Assembly: GCA_963807455.1 (NCBI GenBank)
Contig: CAWECS010000014.1
Span: forward strand, 91,114 to 155,113
DNA: 64,000 nt
Source of the DNA: an uncultured Gammaproteobacteria bacterium
GTDB taxonomy: Bacteria > Pseudomonadota > Gammaproteobacteria > JAADHQ01
Direction: 5' to 3'
Part shown: positions 63,628 to 64,000 of the stretch, one piece after another
Numbering within the stretch: position 1 is the stretch's first letter
How the letters are laid out: every line of letters starts with the position of its first letter
Position numbers and translations under genes: made by a program
The notes under the pieces: model-generated
The model's database searches: none
The model's input: the letters and a program-made list of their open reading frames with translations, nothing else
What the model was told of the DNA's origin: nothing

Positions 63628-64000
63628 ATGGCACAACCAGCGACCACACAGAGCACACGTGAGCTAGTAAAAGCAAGGCGCCAAGCTATGTCTACGGCTG
63701 GCAAGGCGGCGCTACAGTCTAATACAGTTCAGCGAACGGCACCGGCAAGAGTGGCGGCATCAACGCCTGCTGCGCGGGTGAATTCTTATGCTGCGCCAAA
63801 AAGCACAGAGACAAGTGTAGCGCGCGCCGCTTCAATAGCGCGCCGCGAAGCGATGTCTAAAAGCGGTAAATCGGGCGCGCAAAGTAAGGATCGTACGCGA
63901 AACGCTAGTGCAGTAGTTCAACAGGCTAGTAGCACTGCTGCAGCTTCTGCGGTAGCGACTTCAACGACGGCTGAACCTAAGAAAGGCTGTGGTTGTGGTT
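63628..64000 (+). CDS. csoS2: Carboxysome assembly protein CsoS2 (3' truncated by window edge)
   Basis: Manual translation MAQPATTQSTRELVKARRQAMSTAGK...RAASIARREAMSKSGK...KKGCGCG shows two N-peptide R-x5-RR-x3-S-x2-GK repeats; directly after cbbS; absent from the ORF track because it lacks a stop. Confidence 0.88.
   Translation, partial: MAQPATTQSTRELVKARRQAMSTAGKAALQSNTVQRTAPARVAASTPAARVNSYAAPKSTETSVARAASIARREAMSKSGKSGAQSKDRTRNASAVVQQASSTAAASAVATSTTAEPKKGCGCG

Overview
A gammaproteobacterial chromosome segment from a probable chemolithoautotroph, in five blocks. (1) 0-18 kb signalling: a PAS histidine kinase, an McpA-like receptor, an HDOD protein, the mltD-gloB-methyltransferase-rnhA-dnaQ block, and a Che2/F7-like cluster (STAS-cheY-cheA-cheW-receptor-cheR-cheD-cheB). 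Its soluble receptor appears to fuse a globin to three Aer2-type heme-PAS domains. (2) gltX, tRNA-Ala(GGC) and nucleotide-sugar genes. (3) A type II secretion cluster (gspC convergent with gspGHIJKLMN-DEF plus a Sel1/SPOR lipoprotein). (4) btuF, a cobalamin-riboswitch-controlled TonB receptor, PEP-CTERM/EPS genes (sugar transferase, prsK, prsR, ATPase) and tRNA-Glu(TTC). (5) 47-64 kb, a CO2-concentrating-mechanism locus: three-gene DAB/DAC transporter plus PII-like gene, a sigma54 two-component system divergent from a USP-like gene and an unusual SulP, csoS1D, a NUDIX gene, form IA cbbL/cbbS and the start of csoS2. Twelve apparent frameshifts between 10.6 and 33.5 kb can each be repaired by deleting one base, which points to sequencing or assembly error rather than pseudogenes.
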